DNA of 63,982 nt, filler included, from Thraustochytrium aureum (taxonomy: Eukaryota), in assembly GCA_012862495.1 (NCBI GenBank). It is 4 parts of 3 records of this genome, joined end to end, with 100 filler letters (N's around TTAATTAATTAA, not from the genome) between each part and the next. Parts side by side here need not be neighbours in the genome. Positions count along the whole stretch, not along the records: positions 39,014 to 61,776 come from BLSG01000230.1; 3 more parts are not named here. One strand, 5' to 3'. The notes below the pieces were generated by a model. It did no database searches and was not told the DNA's origin. It saw nothing but the letters and a program-made list of their open reading frames with translations. Within the stretch, counting starts at the first letter, position 1. Each line of letters starts with the position of its first letter. This document shows positions 45,100 through 56,778 of this stretch, piece after piece. Both the position numbers and the translations under genes were made by a program.

Positions 45100-47525
45100 G
45101 TGATGCGGCCCGTTTCCTTGCTCTTTTCGTCGACTGCGCTACTACCGGTTGCGGAAGCGACCGAGTTGAAGCGGCGCTTGCTGGGCATTTCGAGGTCGAA
45201 TCGGGAGGCGTCGTCCCGCAGAATGACGATTCCCTGGTTGCTTGCGAGGGAGATGCGGATCATGGTCTCCCACTCCTTCGTCTTGGTGTTGTCGGCCGAG
45301 TTCCAGTCGGACTTGAAGCCAAGAACCACCACGTTGCTCCGCATTTTACCGACGCCAGCAGTCTGCAGGAGCGATTCGAAGCCTTGGAGAAGCGTGTCGC
45401 CCACGACAGCTTCAAAAAAAGCTTGCGGGCACCTCTTGCCACCCCACACGCGTTTGTTGGCGAGAAAGTCGTCGCCCGCTGCGCGGCGCTCTGACACAGC
45501 GGTGAGGCGCTGGGCCAGCTTGGCGGCCAGCTCCGAGTGTGCAACGTCGTCGTCGGTTTCGCCAAACTCCTCTTCAGAGATGCCCTCGAGCGTGACCTCG
45601 CCCTTGCGGTTGACCACGCGGCCGATTGTCGAATCGTTCATGTTGTTACCCACGTTTGCATCGAGGACGACGTCACCGCACAGAGTGATGCCGCCGCCCT
45701 TGCTGAGGAGCGAAGTGAACTTGATGAGGTGCGGGCGCGCCTGCGGCTGGCCGCACATGACGAGAAACTGGGGGCGGTACGTTTTGACGTGGTCCGTGCT
45801 CAGTGACTGCAGACGCTCGAGGCCCTTGAGCGTGCTAAAGTAGAGGCGCGCGGTGCCAGCGGGGCCCCAATCCACGGCAGGGTCGAGGTTCCAGAGGTAG
45901 CCGTACAACCCGCATGCGAGGATGATGGTCACGATCGAGGTGACCCAGTCCATGAGGAACATGACGACGATGCAAAGCACAAAGCCGAATAGCGAGAGCC
46001 ACTTGTTGTAGTAGCGAAACGAGGGCCGCCAGCCGGGGTAGCGGGCCATCGAGCTGGCAAAGCACGCGTAGTTGGTGAACGCGTACGAGAGCATGAAGAA
46101 GTTGGAGATGAGCGGCGCGATCACGTCCAGCTTGCCAATGGCCACACAACCGCAGCAAATCACAAAGGTGAGCATGTAGGCGCGAACGGGCTCGTTGCTC
46201 GGCCCCCTGCCCTCGCCAAAGTAGTTGAACCAGGCCCATGGGAACAGCTCGTCCGAGGCGACGCTCTGCAGGATGCGGGGCGCCCCGACGAGCGAGGCCA
46301 GCGCAGAGGACAACGTAGCCGCAAACACGCCGAGGTACAGGAGCGGGGACCAGATGGCCATGTTCTGCATGATGAGCTTGTTGAACAGAAGTCCGCCCGA
46401 AGGGGCCCGACTCGGATCTTTGTATGCTTCCTTCATGTCGTCGCAGGAGATTTCGTCACCGAGCCCGTTCGAGCATACGAGGCAAGCGGTGCCGACGAAG
46501 AAGACGAGTGCGATGTATGAGACGAAGGTCACAGCGATGGCCCCCAGCGTGCCCTTCGGGATTGCCGAGCTTGGGTCCTTGAGATCGCCCGACAAGTTGG
46601 CCCCTGCCATCACACCGGTCGCAGCAGGGAAAAAAAACCGCAAACACAGTGAAGAAGGTCTGCTCGACCCCTGGCGTGGAGGGGTCTCGAACGTACGAGG
46701 GAACCGCATTGCGCCAGTCCAAGCCGACGAACCCAGCCTGAGCGTTCGAAAGCAAATCAGGGACGTTGGGAAACCCGGAACCTATGACCACTGACAGCAT
46801 GGCCACCACAAGGATAACCAAGAGACCGACCTGGCACTTGGCGTACCATGAGACGCCGATCAGAGCAACGCCAAGGAGCAGCACCGTGGTGGCCAGCCCG
46901 ATGATGCGGATGTCGTTGAGGTCAGATCCCGTGAAAGGCTCGACGCCAGAGTCGGCCATGAGGAAAACGATCGACTCGGCGAAACCGATGACGTACATGC
47001 TCGTCGCTACCGCTTGTGCGACGAAGAACAGGATGCCGATCGTGCCGCCAAAGACGGGGCCCAGCGCGCGCGAGATCAAAAAGTAGACGCCGCCGCCCTT
47101 GACCTCCCCGTTCGTCGTGATTGCACACAGACTCAGAGCGGTGACAGACGTGACAAGCTTGGAGCAGACAACGATGAGAGAAGCCATGAACACGCCGGCC
47201 TGGCCCACGACCCAGCCGAGGCGCAGAAACATGATCACGCCCCAGATGTTGAGTAAGCAGGGGATGAACACGCCCTGTACCCAGCCGAGTTTGGCGGCCG
47301 CAGGTGGGGCGGTTTCGAAACATCTACAGGGGGCGCGACCTTGCCCGACCCGATTGGCGAGCCTTGGCCCCTGGCGCCGGCGCCGCTCGCGCCCTGCGCA
47401 TCCGCCTGCCCAAGGTCCCTTGAGCTGCCGCCATTCGTTGCAACCGAGTCGATCAGCTGCTGCAGCGACGTCCGCGTGCCTTCCTTGCGGTAAATCACCG
47501 TGCTCGGCGCCGACTCCTCAATCAT
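45100..47525 (-). CDS. SLC12 cation-chloride cotransporter (NKCC/NCC-like); 3' end in the N gap; apparent frameshifts near 47305 and 46630
   Basis: KLGWVQGVFIPCLLNIWGVIMFLRLGWVVGQAG, AITTNGEVKGGGVYFLISRALGP, FFPAATGVMAGANLSGDLKDPSSAIPKGT, IAPLISNFF, PGWRPSFRYYN and DHVKTYRPQ. Confidence 0.93.
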
Positions 47526-47808
47526 CGTGCTTCCCCGCCTTGTCCGGCGCAGCCCACCTCACAGCAGGCCCGGCCGTGCGCCGTCCGTCCGTTGTCTGGC
47601 TCGGCCCGACCACCCGGAGCCGCTTCGCGCGGTTTCGTCCACGTCACAGTCCGCGTCGTCCTCGCGCAGTCCAGGGCGCCCCGCCGCCACCACCACCACC
47701 AACAGCACAGCCCGGTCGCGTCCAAGACCACCACCGATCCCGCGCCGCGAAAGCCGAAAACCAGCAGCCACGCAGCCACGCACCGGCAACAGACCGCCAA
47801 GTCCTCCT

Positions 47809-47901
47809 CCTGCCTGCCTGCCTTCCTTCCTTCGTTCCTGCCTGCCCGCCTGCCTGCCTGCCTGCCTGCCCGCCTGCCTGCCTGCCTGCCTGCCTGCCTG
47901 C
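47809..47901. repeat. (GCCT)n / (CCTT)n compound microsatellite
   Basis: Directly visible, upstream of the SLC12 start. Confidence 0.9.
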
Positions 47902-49420
47902 GGCGCCGAACCCGTCCGCTGCCGCTGCTGTCGCGCGTGTGGGGTCTGCTGGCGGTCCCTTCTTCCTCCCCTCCCTTCTGGCCCCTCCCCTTTAAAAAAC
48001 CAGGGCGCCGAAAAAACACGTGCAAAAAGTGCAAAAAGTTGCCAAAAACCAAACGAAATTGCAGAAACCGAAGCAAAATGGCCAAAATCGCCAAATTTGC
48101 GCCAAAACACGAACTGACGCCGCGAGAAAACCAACGAAATGCCGCGCAAACTGCCTCGAAAACCGGGCCAGGTCAAACCGCTGCCCACTCAGGCTCTGAG
48201 AGTGCGACGACACGACGCGCAGGTGGGCGAGCGATCACGTAGGTACTCGACCTCGTCTGCCTCGCGCGCCCGAGGCAGCCAGCCGCGACGAAAGCTGGCT
48301 GGCCGGCTACGGTGGTCGCTCGCTGACTGCGCAGGAGGGCCTGGCCGACGCGATTTGTGGCGGTTTCCACGAGGACTTGGCGCCTCCGAGGCAGGCCTCT
48401 CGGAGGTGCTCGCAGCTTTTGTGCCGTTCGTTGCGAGGTTTTTTGGTTGGTTTTTTTGACCCACTCGGCCCGCCAGTGAGAGCTAGCTAGCTCTCTGTCT
48501 GTCTGTGTCTGCTACGGGCAGAGAGCGAGCTTGATGATGAGCGTCCGTCCATCCGGTGGGGCCTGGCGGCCAGACGCTCGCTCGGCGCATCGCGACGCCA
48601 GGCCTGGCGCCCTGCACTGCCACTGGCAGCCGCTCTCGAGCTGGTCTTGCGTCGTGCTGGATTGCATNNNNNNNNNNNNNNNNNNNNNNNNNNNNNNNNN
48701 NNNNNNNNNNNNNNNNNNNNNNNNNNNNNNNNNNNNNNNNNNNNNNNNNNNNNNNNNNNNNNNNNNNNNNNNNNNNNNNNNNNNNNNNNNNNNNNNNNNN
48801 NNNNNNNNNNNNNNNNNNNNNNNNNNNNNNNNNNNNNNNNNNNNNNNNNNNNNNNNNNNNNGGTTTTAGGGCGGGAGAGCAGCTGTCCGTTGAACGCGTC
48901 GGGCTCACCTTGATCTGCAGATGTGGCCAGGCGGTGCCGTTTCGAGCTTTTTCTCCCTGGCTGGCCGTTTGGAGCTCGGCGCGCTGGTGCTAGCAGAGGG
49001 GTTGGGCGTTTCGCTCGCGCCCGTCAGTGCATTGAGCTGGCAAAGCGGCGCGCTCGCCCGGCTCAACGGTCAAACCGATGAGTGAACAAGGCTTGGGGCT
49101 CGCTCCAAAAATTGCAAGATTAGCTTGCTGTATTGTAGCTGTAGCCATCCACCGCACAGCTGCTCGTCTTCCGCGACAAGAGAGAGCCGCAATACTTGTC
49201 ACCAAACGGCCAAGCCCCAGCTTGTCTGCCAATCCGGTTCGTATCAACGCCTTGTCGCCGCGCCTGCTAAATCCGCCATCGTCTCTGCAGATGCTCTCGA
49301 CGCGCAACTGCAGCCGCAACCTTCGCGCCAAGGAGAGGCACTCCAGACCTAGCCCTGTCGAGCCCGCGAAGAGCAATCAATGATTTGTCCAGTTGCCCCA
49401 AAGCCGGGGCTTTGCGTCGA

Positions 49421-52400
49421 TTATCGCGCATCCGCGTCCGCAAAGGCGTGGTATGCGTGGAGACGCCTTGGTGCCGGCAGCGGCGCGGCCTTCCCCGGAG
49501 TCGCCGCGACGAGCCGTGTCAGGTCGCGCATGACCCCCTCCATCGTCGGGCGCAGCTCCGGGCTCGCCGCCCAGCACTCGCCAAGCAAGCGCGCCAGCGC
49601 CGGGTGCGCCGAGCTCGAGGCAGGGTCTATGGCAGGCCGAGCCCCGTTGACGACCTGAAAGGCCGCCTGAAAGTTGTCCAGCCCCGGGAACGGCACGTTG
49701 CGAAACCAGAGCTCCCAGAGGAAAACGCCGCTCATGTAGACGTCGCTCGCGTAAGAATACTCGTTCGACGAGAGGGACTCGGGGGCCGCCCAGCGCAAAG
49801 GGTTGACGCCGTTCGCCGAGCAGGACGACGCATGCGACTTGTTGGTCTTGATCTTGGCCAGGCCAAAGTCGCAGACCTTGACCACCCCGCTCCCAGTAAT
49901 GAGAAAGTTGCGCGCAGCAATGTCGCGGTGCACGACGCCCAGCGAGTGCAAGTGCACCAGCCCGGATACGCCCTGCTTGGCCATCTCTAGCGTTTGGTTG
50001 AGCGGGTAGGGGGAGACGCGCGGCTTTACGATCACGTCAAACAGAGAGCCCAGCTCGCAGTACTCGCTCACAAGCATGATATCGTGCGCGTCGAGGCAGA
50101 CGCCAAAAAGAGCTACGACATGAGGGTGGTTCTTCGAGAGCTCCATTGCCTCTGCCTCCTTCAGAATTACCCTGCTTGTCAGCTCTTGGCCGCTTTCAGC
50201 GGCGGGGTGCCGCCCAGAGGACGAGGTCTGCCTCCGGATGCGCTTCGCGACACAGGTGCCGCCCTGGTACTCGCACAAGTGCACGTCGCCAAAGCTCCCG
50301 CTGCCGATCAGCTCCTTGACCACCAGGGCCGCGCGAGGAATCACCTTGAACCCGAAGGCTGCGCGGCGCCTTGCAGGCCGGCGTTGGGCGCTGCGCTCGG
50401 GTCAGGGCCCGCAGGCTTCGCAGGCCCTTCGTCGTGAACCAATGGCGGCCGCATTGTGGGGGCCAGGGCGCGCCGCAACGCCCTCGCGTGGCCCCGCTTC
50501 AGCCCGATGGCCTCCAGCTCATGCTCGTCAGCGAGCGTGGTCAACCGCTCAATCGTGTCGTAGCCCGACTCCAGCAAGAGATCCGCATACTGCAGGAGGT
50601 GCGACTGGGCCAAGAGTTTGAGCACCTCTGCCCACGCCACCTCCGCAGACCCACCAAGCGCGGCCTCCTTGTACCGTCGTGGTGGGGGCGGCGGGGGGCG
50701 TGCCTCCTTCGTCACTTGGGCCGCAGCTTTGTCGGAGAGGCTGGCTCGCAATAGCGGCGGAGGGGCTGAGATGTCTGCGCTTTCGCCGCGCCTCACGGTC
50801 GTCTCTTCGCGCACCTGATTGGCCGCTGGCCCCCTCGCAGTCGGCGCGGGGGGCCGAGGCCGGCCAGAGCGGCCACCGCCACCGCCGATAGTCTTCGGAT
50901 GGCCAGGAGAAACGTGGCCACTCGACTCCGCCGTCGGTCTCCCCACGACGTCAACTACCTTGGCTTCCTCCTCGCAGCTGTCCCGTGCGCGCTGGCCTTG
51001 CAGTTGGGCCAAAGCTGACCACGCTTTGCTTGCGTTGGCCGGTGTTGCTTGCCCTGCAGGCGCAGCAGTGCCTCGCCGTTGCGGTGGCGGAGGAGGGCGT
51101 TGCCTTGCACAGGACGACAACCCTGCGTCCATGATCTGGCCAATAGCGGGAGGCGCAACGCTGGAGGGCACCGAAAAGCCGGCCTCCTCGAAAAAGCAGT
51201 CCAGGTCACGACGCTCGCGGTTCTCAAAAATCTCAAGCGCCGTCTCTAGCTCCTTGACGTACTCGTGAAGGGAGCGCAACCTCCAGCGCGACCTGTGGCT
51301 CTTTGTCGGGCTGGTCAGCGAGGGTGCGAGCTTCTCGACGGCGCTCCGGAGCGCGTCGGCGGCTTGGAGCGTCCCGAGCGCGCGGACTTCCTGCCCGAAG
51401 GCGGTCGCGGGAGTTGATATCCTCGTCTTGCTCAATCAGCGAGTTGATAAAGGTGCAGACCTGCAGGCAGAGCTCTACAAGAAGCACTGGGTTGCGGTGC
51501 AGCAGCGGGGAGGCCAAAAAGTCGGCGTAGAGGATAAACAGCGGCCCTCCCACGTTGCGCCGCACACGCGACACGTCTTGCAGCGCGTCAAGCAGCAGAG
51601 ACGCCCCGCCACGCGACACCCACGAAAGCCGAATGAGCATGTCGAGTGCCGCGATCGCGTTGCCGACTGAGTTCTCAAAGGTCGAGTCCAGGGCCCCTGC
51701 TGGGTCTTGCGCCAGGGGGCTGCTTACGCCGCTCGACTCTGAGCAGACCACAAGCGGCTGCACGTCCACGACCAGCGCGAGCGTGTCGAGGCTGTGCGGG
51801 AACTCGGCGACCTTCTGTCGACCGAAGCGGTTGTCCGTGAGTCGATCCAGGCACTCTAGGCTGAGGCCGATGACATCCACCTCTTCAGGGGTCTTGGGCT
51901 GCTTGCAGGCGCACCGCCGCAGCTGGTCGAAAAAGGTGGGCCCGCTCTCGCGCAAAAAGCTGTCCACGTGTTGCCGGTCGGCCGTCCGGAGCAGAACGCC
52001 AACTTTGGCGAGGTCTTGACGAAATAGTTCCAACGACCCTCGAAACCGAAGCTGCATGCCCGCACATTGGCCCGCAGACTGCCCACGGCGCTCGACGTCA
52101 TGCGTCCGCATCGCCGAGTGCTGCTTAATAAGTTTGCGCTTTTGTGCAAGCGATTGGGAACGCATCAGGGCGCGCTTGGCGCCCTCTGGCACAAGCAGGT
52201 CCCGGAGCACGAGCTCGAACAGCACGTTCACGTGGCAGACCTTTTGGCATTCGCGCTGCAGGCGCCAGCCCCCTGTGGGCTCGTCGGGCGCTTCCGAGAG
52301 GGGCATTGCGAGCCAGGTCTTTTCAACGGAGCGGATCGGCCCGACGATGATCGGGGCGCGGCTGGCGCCGTCTTCGGCGTCTCCGTCATCTTGCGAGTAC

Positions 52401-52550
52401 TGGCTCCAGCGCCTTAGTTTGCTCACGAGCCGCGAGAAGGATCCACTTTTTGCGGCCCTGCCGCCTTCAGCGCCTGTTTTCGCCGACACGAGGAGGCTAC
52501 CGTGCGGGAGGGGAGTGCCGCCTGCGGCTGCACCTCTGCCGATTACGAGC
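49421..52550 (-). CDS. Formin-type GBD/FH3 + Pro-rich + SAM + protein kinase with tyrosine-kinase signatures; 5' end in the N gap; apparent frameshifts near 51390 and 50355
   Basis: GBD-like VNVLFELVLRDLLVPEGAKRALMRSQSLAQKRKLIKQH and CLDRLTDNRFG. FH3-like CTFINSLIEQDEDINSRDRLR and LETALEIFE. SAM LLQYADLLLESGYDTIERL...LEAIGLKRGHARAL. Kinase GSGSFG, VAK, HRDIAARNFL, DFG and PLRWAAPE. Confidence 0.82.
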
Positions 52551-53274
52551 NNNNNNNNNNNNNNNNNNNNNNNNNNNNNNNNNNNNNNNNNNNNNNNNNN
52601 NNNNNNNNNNNNNNNNNNNNNNNNNNNNNNNNNNNNNNNNNNNNNNNNNNNNNNNNNNNNNNNNNNNNNNNNNNNNNNNNNNNNNNNNNNNNNNNNNNNN
52701 NNNNNNNNNNNNNNNNNNNNNNNNNNNNNNNNNNNNNNNNNNNNNNNNNNNNNNNNNNNNNNNNNNNNNNNNNNNNNNNNNNNNNNNNNNNNNNNNNNNN
52801 NNNNNNNNNNNNNNNNNNNNNNNNNNNNNNNNNNNNNNNNNNNNNNNNNNNNNNNNNNNNNNNNNNNNNNNNNNNNNNNNNNNNNNNNNNNNNNNNNNNN
52901 NNNNNNNNNNNNNNNNNNNNNNNNNNNNNNNNNNNNNNNNNNNNNNNNNNNNNNNNNNNNNNNNNNNNNNNNNNNNNNNNNNNNNNNNNNNNNNNNNNNN
53001 NNNNNNNNNNNNNNNNNNNNNNNNNNNNNNNNNNNNNNNNNNNNNNNNNNNNNNNNNNNNNNNNNNNNNNNNNNNNNNNNNNNNNNNNNNNNNNNNNNNN
53101 NNNNNNNNNNNNNNNNNNNNNNNNNNNNNNNNNNNNNNNNNNNNNNNNNNNNNNNNNNNNNNNNNNNNNNNNNNNNNNNNNNNNNNNNNNNNNNNNNNNN
53201 NNNNNNNNNNNNNNNNNNNNNNNNNNNNNNNNNNNNNNNNNNNNNNNNNNNNNNNNNNNNNNNNNNNNNNNNNN

Positions 53275-54103
53275 AGGGCAGCGCGGATGGAGAGCGTTCT
53301 CCGAGAACCCGGACAAGGAATGGGCGGAGAGGTGGTTTTTGGCGTACTCGCCCGTGTGGCCGGTGCTGTTCGGCGCATGGTGCTTCTCCGGGCTGCATCT
53401 TCACGTCGGCGATGCTGGGAATATGGCGGTGACGGTGCTGATCGCGCTGCCCAACGTGGTGGTGCCGCTGGTCGCGTGCCCGACGCGCGATAAGCCGTGG
53501 TTTGAGACGTACTGGTTCAAGTTTTCCGTCTGGGTGGCCGTGTTCACGTTCGTGGCCTCGTACTTTTTCACAGAGTACTTTTTCGACGTGCTCGGGATGG
53601 TGTACCACTTTCCTCACCTCAAGTGGACCCTGGACTCGGCGCTGTTGGGCTCTGGCAAGCAGGTGGTGCCCTTGATGATGTATTTGCACGCCTGGTATTT
53701 CTTTATGACCTATCACACCTGCTCCGTAATATTCATCAGGCTGATCCGCACTGCGCCGGGGTTTCGGTCAGTCCCGACGATAGCCAACGTGTTTTCCGTG
53801 GGCTTTGCGGCGTGGCTGTTCGCTTGGGGCGAGATCTTCGGCACGACGATGGAGGCGATCAAGGACCAGTTTACGTACAAAGACATGGGTTGGGCCCTGA
53901 CCTGGGGCGCGGTCTGCTACGCCTGCTACTTTGTTTCCTCCTTCCCGATGGTGTACGGCTTGGACGAGGAGCGCGGCACGTCGTGGTCGCTGCGCCGCAC
54001 CCTGGAGAGCGCGCTAGCGGCTAGCATGATCGCCTTCATCCTCCTTGACGTCGTGGCGCAGTTTGTCATCACCGACTGGCAGACCATGGGGTTTGCCAGG
54101 TAG
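53275..54103 (+). CDS. CPI1: Cycloeucalenol cycloisomerase (cyclopropylsterol isomerase); 5' end in the N gap
   Basis: NPDKEWAERWFLAYSPVW, YWFKFSVWVAVFTFVASYFFTEYFF.VLG..Y.FP, VPLMMYL..WYFFMTYH, YFVSSFPM and W.L.RT..SALAASM; multi-TM. Confidence 0.88.
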
Positions 54104-54284
54104 CTCTTGGGCGCGCCCCAACTGCGGCGAGCACGGGCGGGCGCTGGACCGAGAGCCGCGTGTTGCGGCCGCTCGACGCAGGCGCAAGGTCGGAACAGCT
54201 TGGAACAACAAAGAAACGAGCTGGCTTGGCCGAGGGCGCCGTGCGAAACACTCTATAGATGCCGGAAGCGAGCGAGCCTCGCTG

Positions 54285-55075
54285 TCAGTCCTCCTTGCCG
54301 GGCGCCCCAGTCCCGAAGGCCCGTTTCAAGTAAATATACGGGCACAGCCGCTTTGCAAAGTTGTCTTCGAGCCGTTGCGTGCCAAACCAGCGGTACCGGT
54401 TGCCCGCCACCGCCATGTAGGCGGCCTCGCGCACGGGGTGTGGCACGACCAAGGCCAGCTTGGCCAAAGGGAAGGGCCAAAAGCACCAGGCAAGGATCTC
54501 CAGAATCGCGTCCGAGCCCCACAGCAAGCGGTCGCCGCTAACGACAGCGATGCGCTGTTCAAGCTCGCTCTCCTCAAACCCGAACTCGGCGCGCAGCTTG
54601 TCCAGGCTCACGTGCGGGTTGGCCATCTTGTCTTGGTACGGCAGGAAGCTGACGAGGTTGACGTCTGGGAGCCTGCCCACCACGAACCGCCCGAACCTGT
54701 TGCACAGCACGCAGATACCGTCAAAGATGACCACTTTGCGGTGCTCTTTGCCGCGCAGCCCCGACGCCACCTTGGCCGCCTCCGCAGGGTCCAGGCGTTT
54801 TTCCAGCCCGAGCAGGCGCCGCAGCAGCCGCCCGGGCCACAGTGCCAGGTTGACGAGCTCGAAACCTGCGGCGCCCAGGGTCAGAGCACCGACGATCAGG
54901 CCCACGACCAGGTCGGTGAGCACCTTCGAGTGCCCGTTCTTGGCCACGTACAGCGCGATGCAGCCGGGCACCGCCACGACCAGCACCCCAGCAAGAAACC
55001 CCATTCGTCCGAGAAAGTCCTCGGCGGGGCCGCCGAGCGCCTGCAACCCCCGCCCGCCTCCAGGCACGCCAATTC
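54285..55075 (-). CDS. DCC1-like (DUF393) thiol-disulfide oxidoreductase domain preceded by TM helices; probably the 3' part of a larger frameshifted gene
   Basis: VIFDGICVLCNRF (DxxCxxC), GSDAILEIL and VPHPVREAAYMAVAGNRYRWFG. Confidence 0.8.
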
Positions 55076-55618
55076 CCGCTCCGCTGCCGTGAGCTCTCCA
55101 GGCCCGAGGGCGCCGCTTCGCAGTGCCGCAGTGCCGGGTCTGCGGCGGCAGAGCGGCCTGAGCGCGACGCGAACGGACAGACTCTGGGTTTGCACACTGT
55201 CTTGTGTCGCCGCCGTCCACTGCTCGGCGTGCTCCGAGCGACTTGCAGCGGAGGCCAAGCGAGCTGCCGTCGGAGCGAGCGCATGGGCGCCGTCTAGGCT
55301 GAAGTGCGATGCGTGGATGCTGTAGAGGACGGCGAGGTCTCTCTTGATGACCCATGGTGTTGCTGGGTTCACCTCGGGAAAGCAGAGGACGACGACGAGT
55401 TCGAGTCCGGTGACGGGACGTCTCTGCGCGCGATGGAGGCCGCGTGCTGAAGAGCCCCCAGACCAGTCCCATAGGAACCAGACTGGCAACCAAAAGTCCG
55501 AAGATGGCGAAGCGCCTGACGAAGAATGGCCTTGCGATGGTGACACGAAACGTCCGTGCCACACGTGTTGACGCTTGGTGGGAAAAAGGGAATTGGAAAG
55601 TGTATCTACGTTCATGGA

Positions 55619-56778
55619 TCAGGTGAAGTGCGCGCCCTGGGCGGCCCAATACATCTCTGCGTACAAGCGGTGGAGGGACAGGACGAGGTTTGTGCGCTGT
55701 CCCTGTTGCCGGTCCCACGCAGACCATGCTACCAGCTCGCTGTCCGGGATGCGGACGTCTGGAGAGCACTTGTCTGCAAGGCTTTTTGCAAGGCCCGCGC
55801 CCCGGTCCTCGAGCCCCTCGAGCGCCTCAGCGAGCTCTGCATCGCCTATGCTGCCGTCCTGCGCGTCAGCGAGGCGAAAGACGGCCTGCCATGCAGCGCA
55901 GCCCGCCTCTGTGGTCGGCAGCTCCTCGAGGAGCATGCTTACGGCGGTGTTCCTATCGGTCTCACTTGTGCTGGACTCTTGTGCAAGGCGCAACAGCGTT
56001 TTGACCGCTTTGGCGACCTGCTGGAACACTTGCAAGGCGCCGCGGTGTCCGTTCGACGTCTGGAGGAGCTCAAGGGCGCGTCCATAGTCGTGGAAAGTCT
56101 TGGGGTGCGTGGCCTGCTCGCCCACGCTTGCAGCAGCTAAAGATGCCGCCTGCTCGTCGCTCCCGAGGAGGATCTTGGTCACTAGGTTGATCGAGGCCGC
56201 CACCTGGGCCGTCTCCCAGGTCACAACCGCCGGGCCCAGCACGCGGATCAGCTCAAGAAACAGAGTCACGCTNNNNNNNNNNNNNNNNNNNNNNNNNNNN
56301 NNNNNNNNNNNNNNNNNNNNNNNNNNNNNNNNNNNNNNNNNNNNNNNNNNNNNNNNNNNNNNNNNNNNNNNNNNNNNNNNNNNNNNNNNNNNNNNNNNNN
56401 NNNNNNNNNNNNNNNNNNNNNNNNNNNNNNNNNNNNNNNNNNNNNNNNNNNNNNNNNNNNNNNNNNNNNNNNNNNNNNNNNNNNNNNNNNNNNNNNNNNN
56501 NNNNNNNNNNNNNNNNNNNNNNNNNNNNNNNNNNNNNNNNNNNNNNNNNNNNNNNNNNNNNNNNNNNNNNNNNNNNNNNNNNNNNNNNNNNNNNNNNNNN
56601 NNNNNNNNNNNNNNNNNNNNNNNNNNNNNNNNNNNNNNNNNNNNNNNNNNNNNNNNNNNNNCTCTGGTGCGTGCGCCTTGGCCTCGTCCCTGATCTGCAG
56701 CGCGATCCTCGCGCAAGCCGCGTTTGCCTCAGCGCTCAGTCCTGCGCCCGCGTCCACCTCAGCCGTCTGGCCGTCCAT
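55619..56778 (-). CDS. Hypothetical helical protein interrupted by an N gap; likely continues via frameshifts into the DCC1-like ORF
   Basis: ATG at 56778 (MDGQTAEV...), a coding-like reading frame 56272-55619, and overlapping coding-like frames across 55620-55075. Confidence 0.5.
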
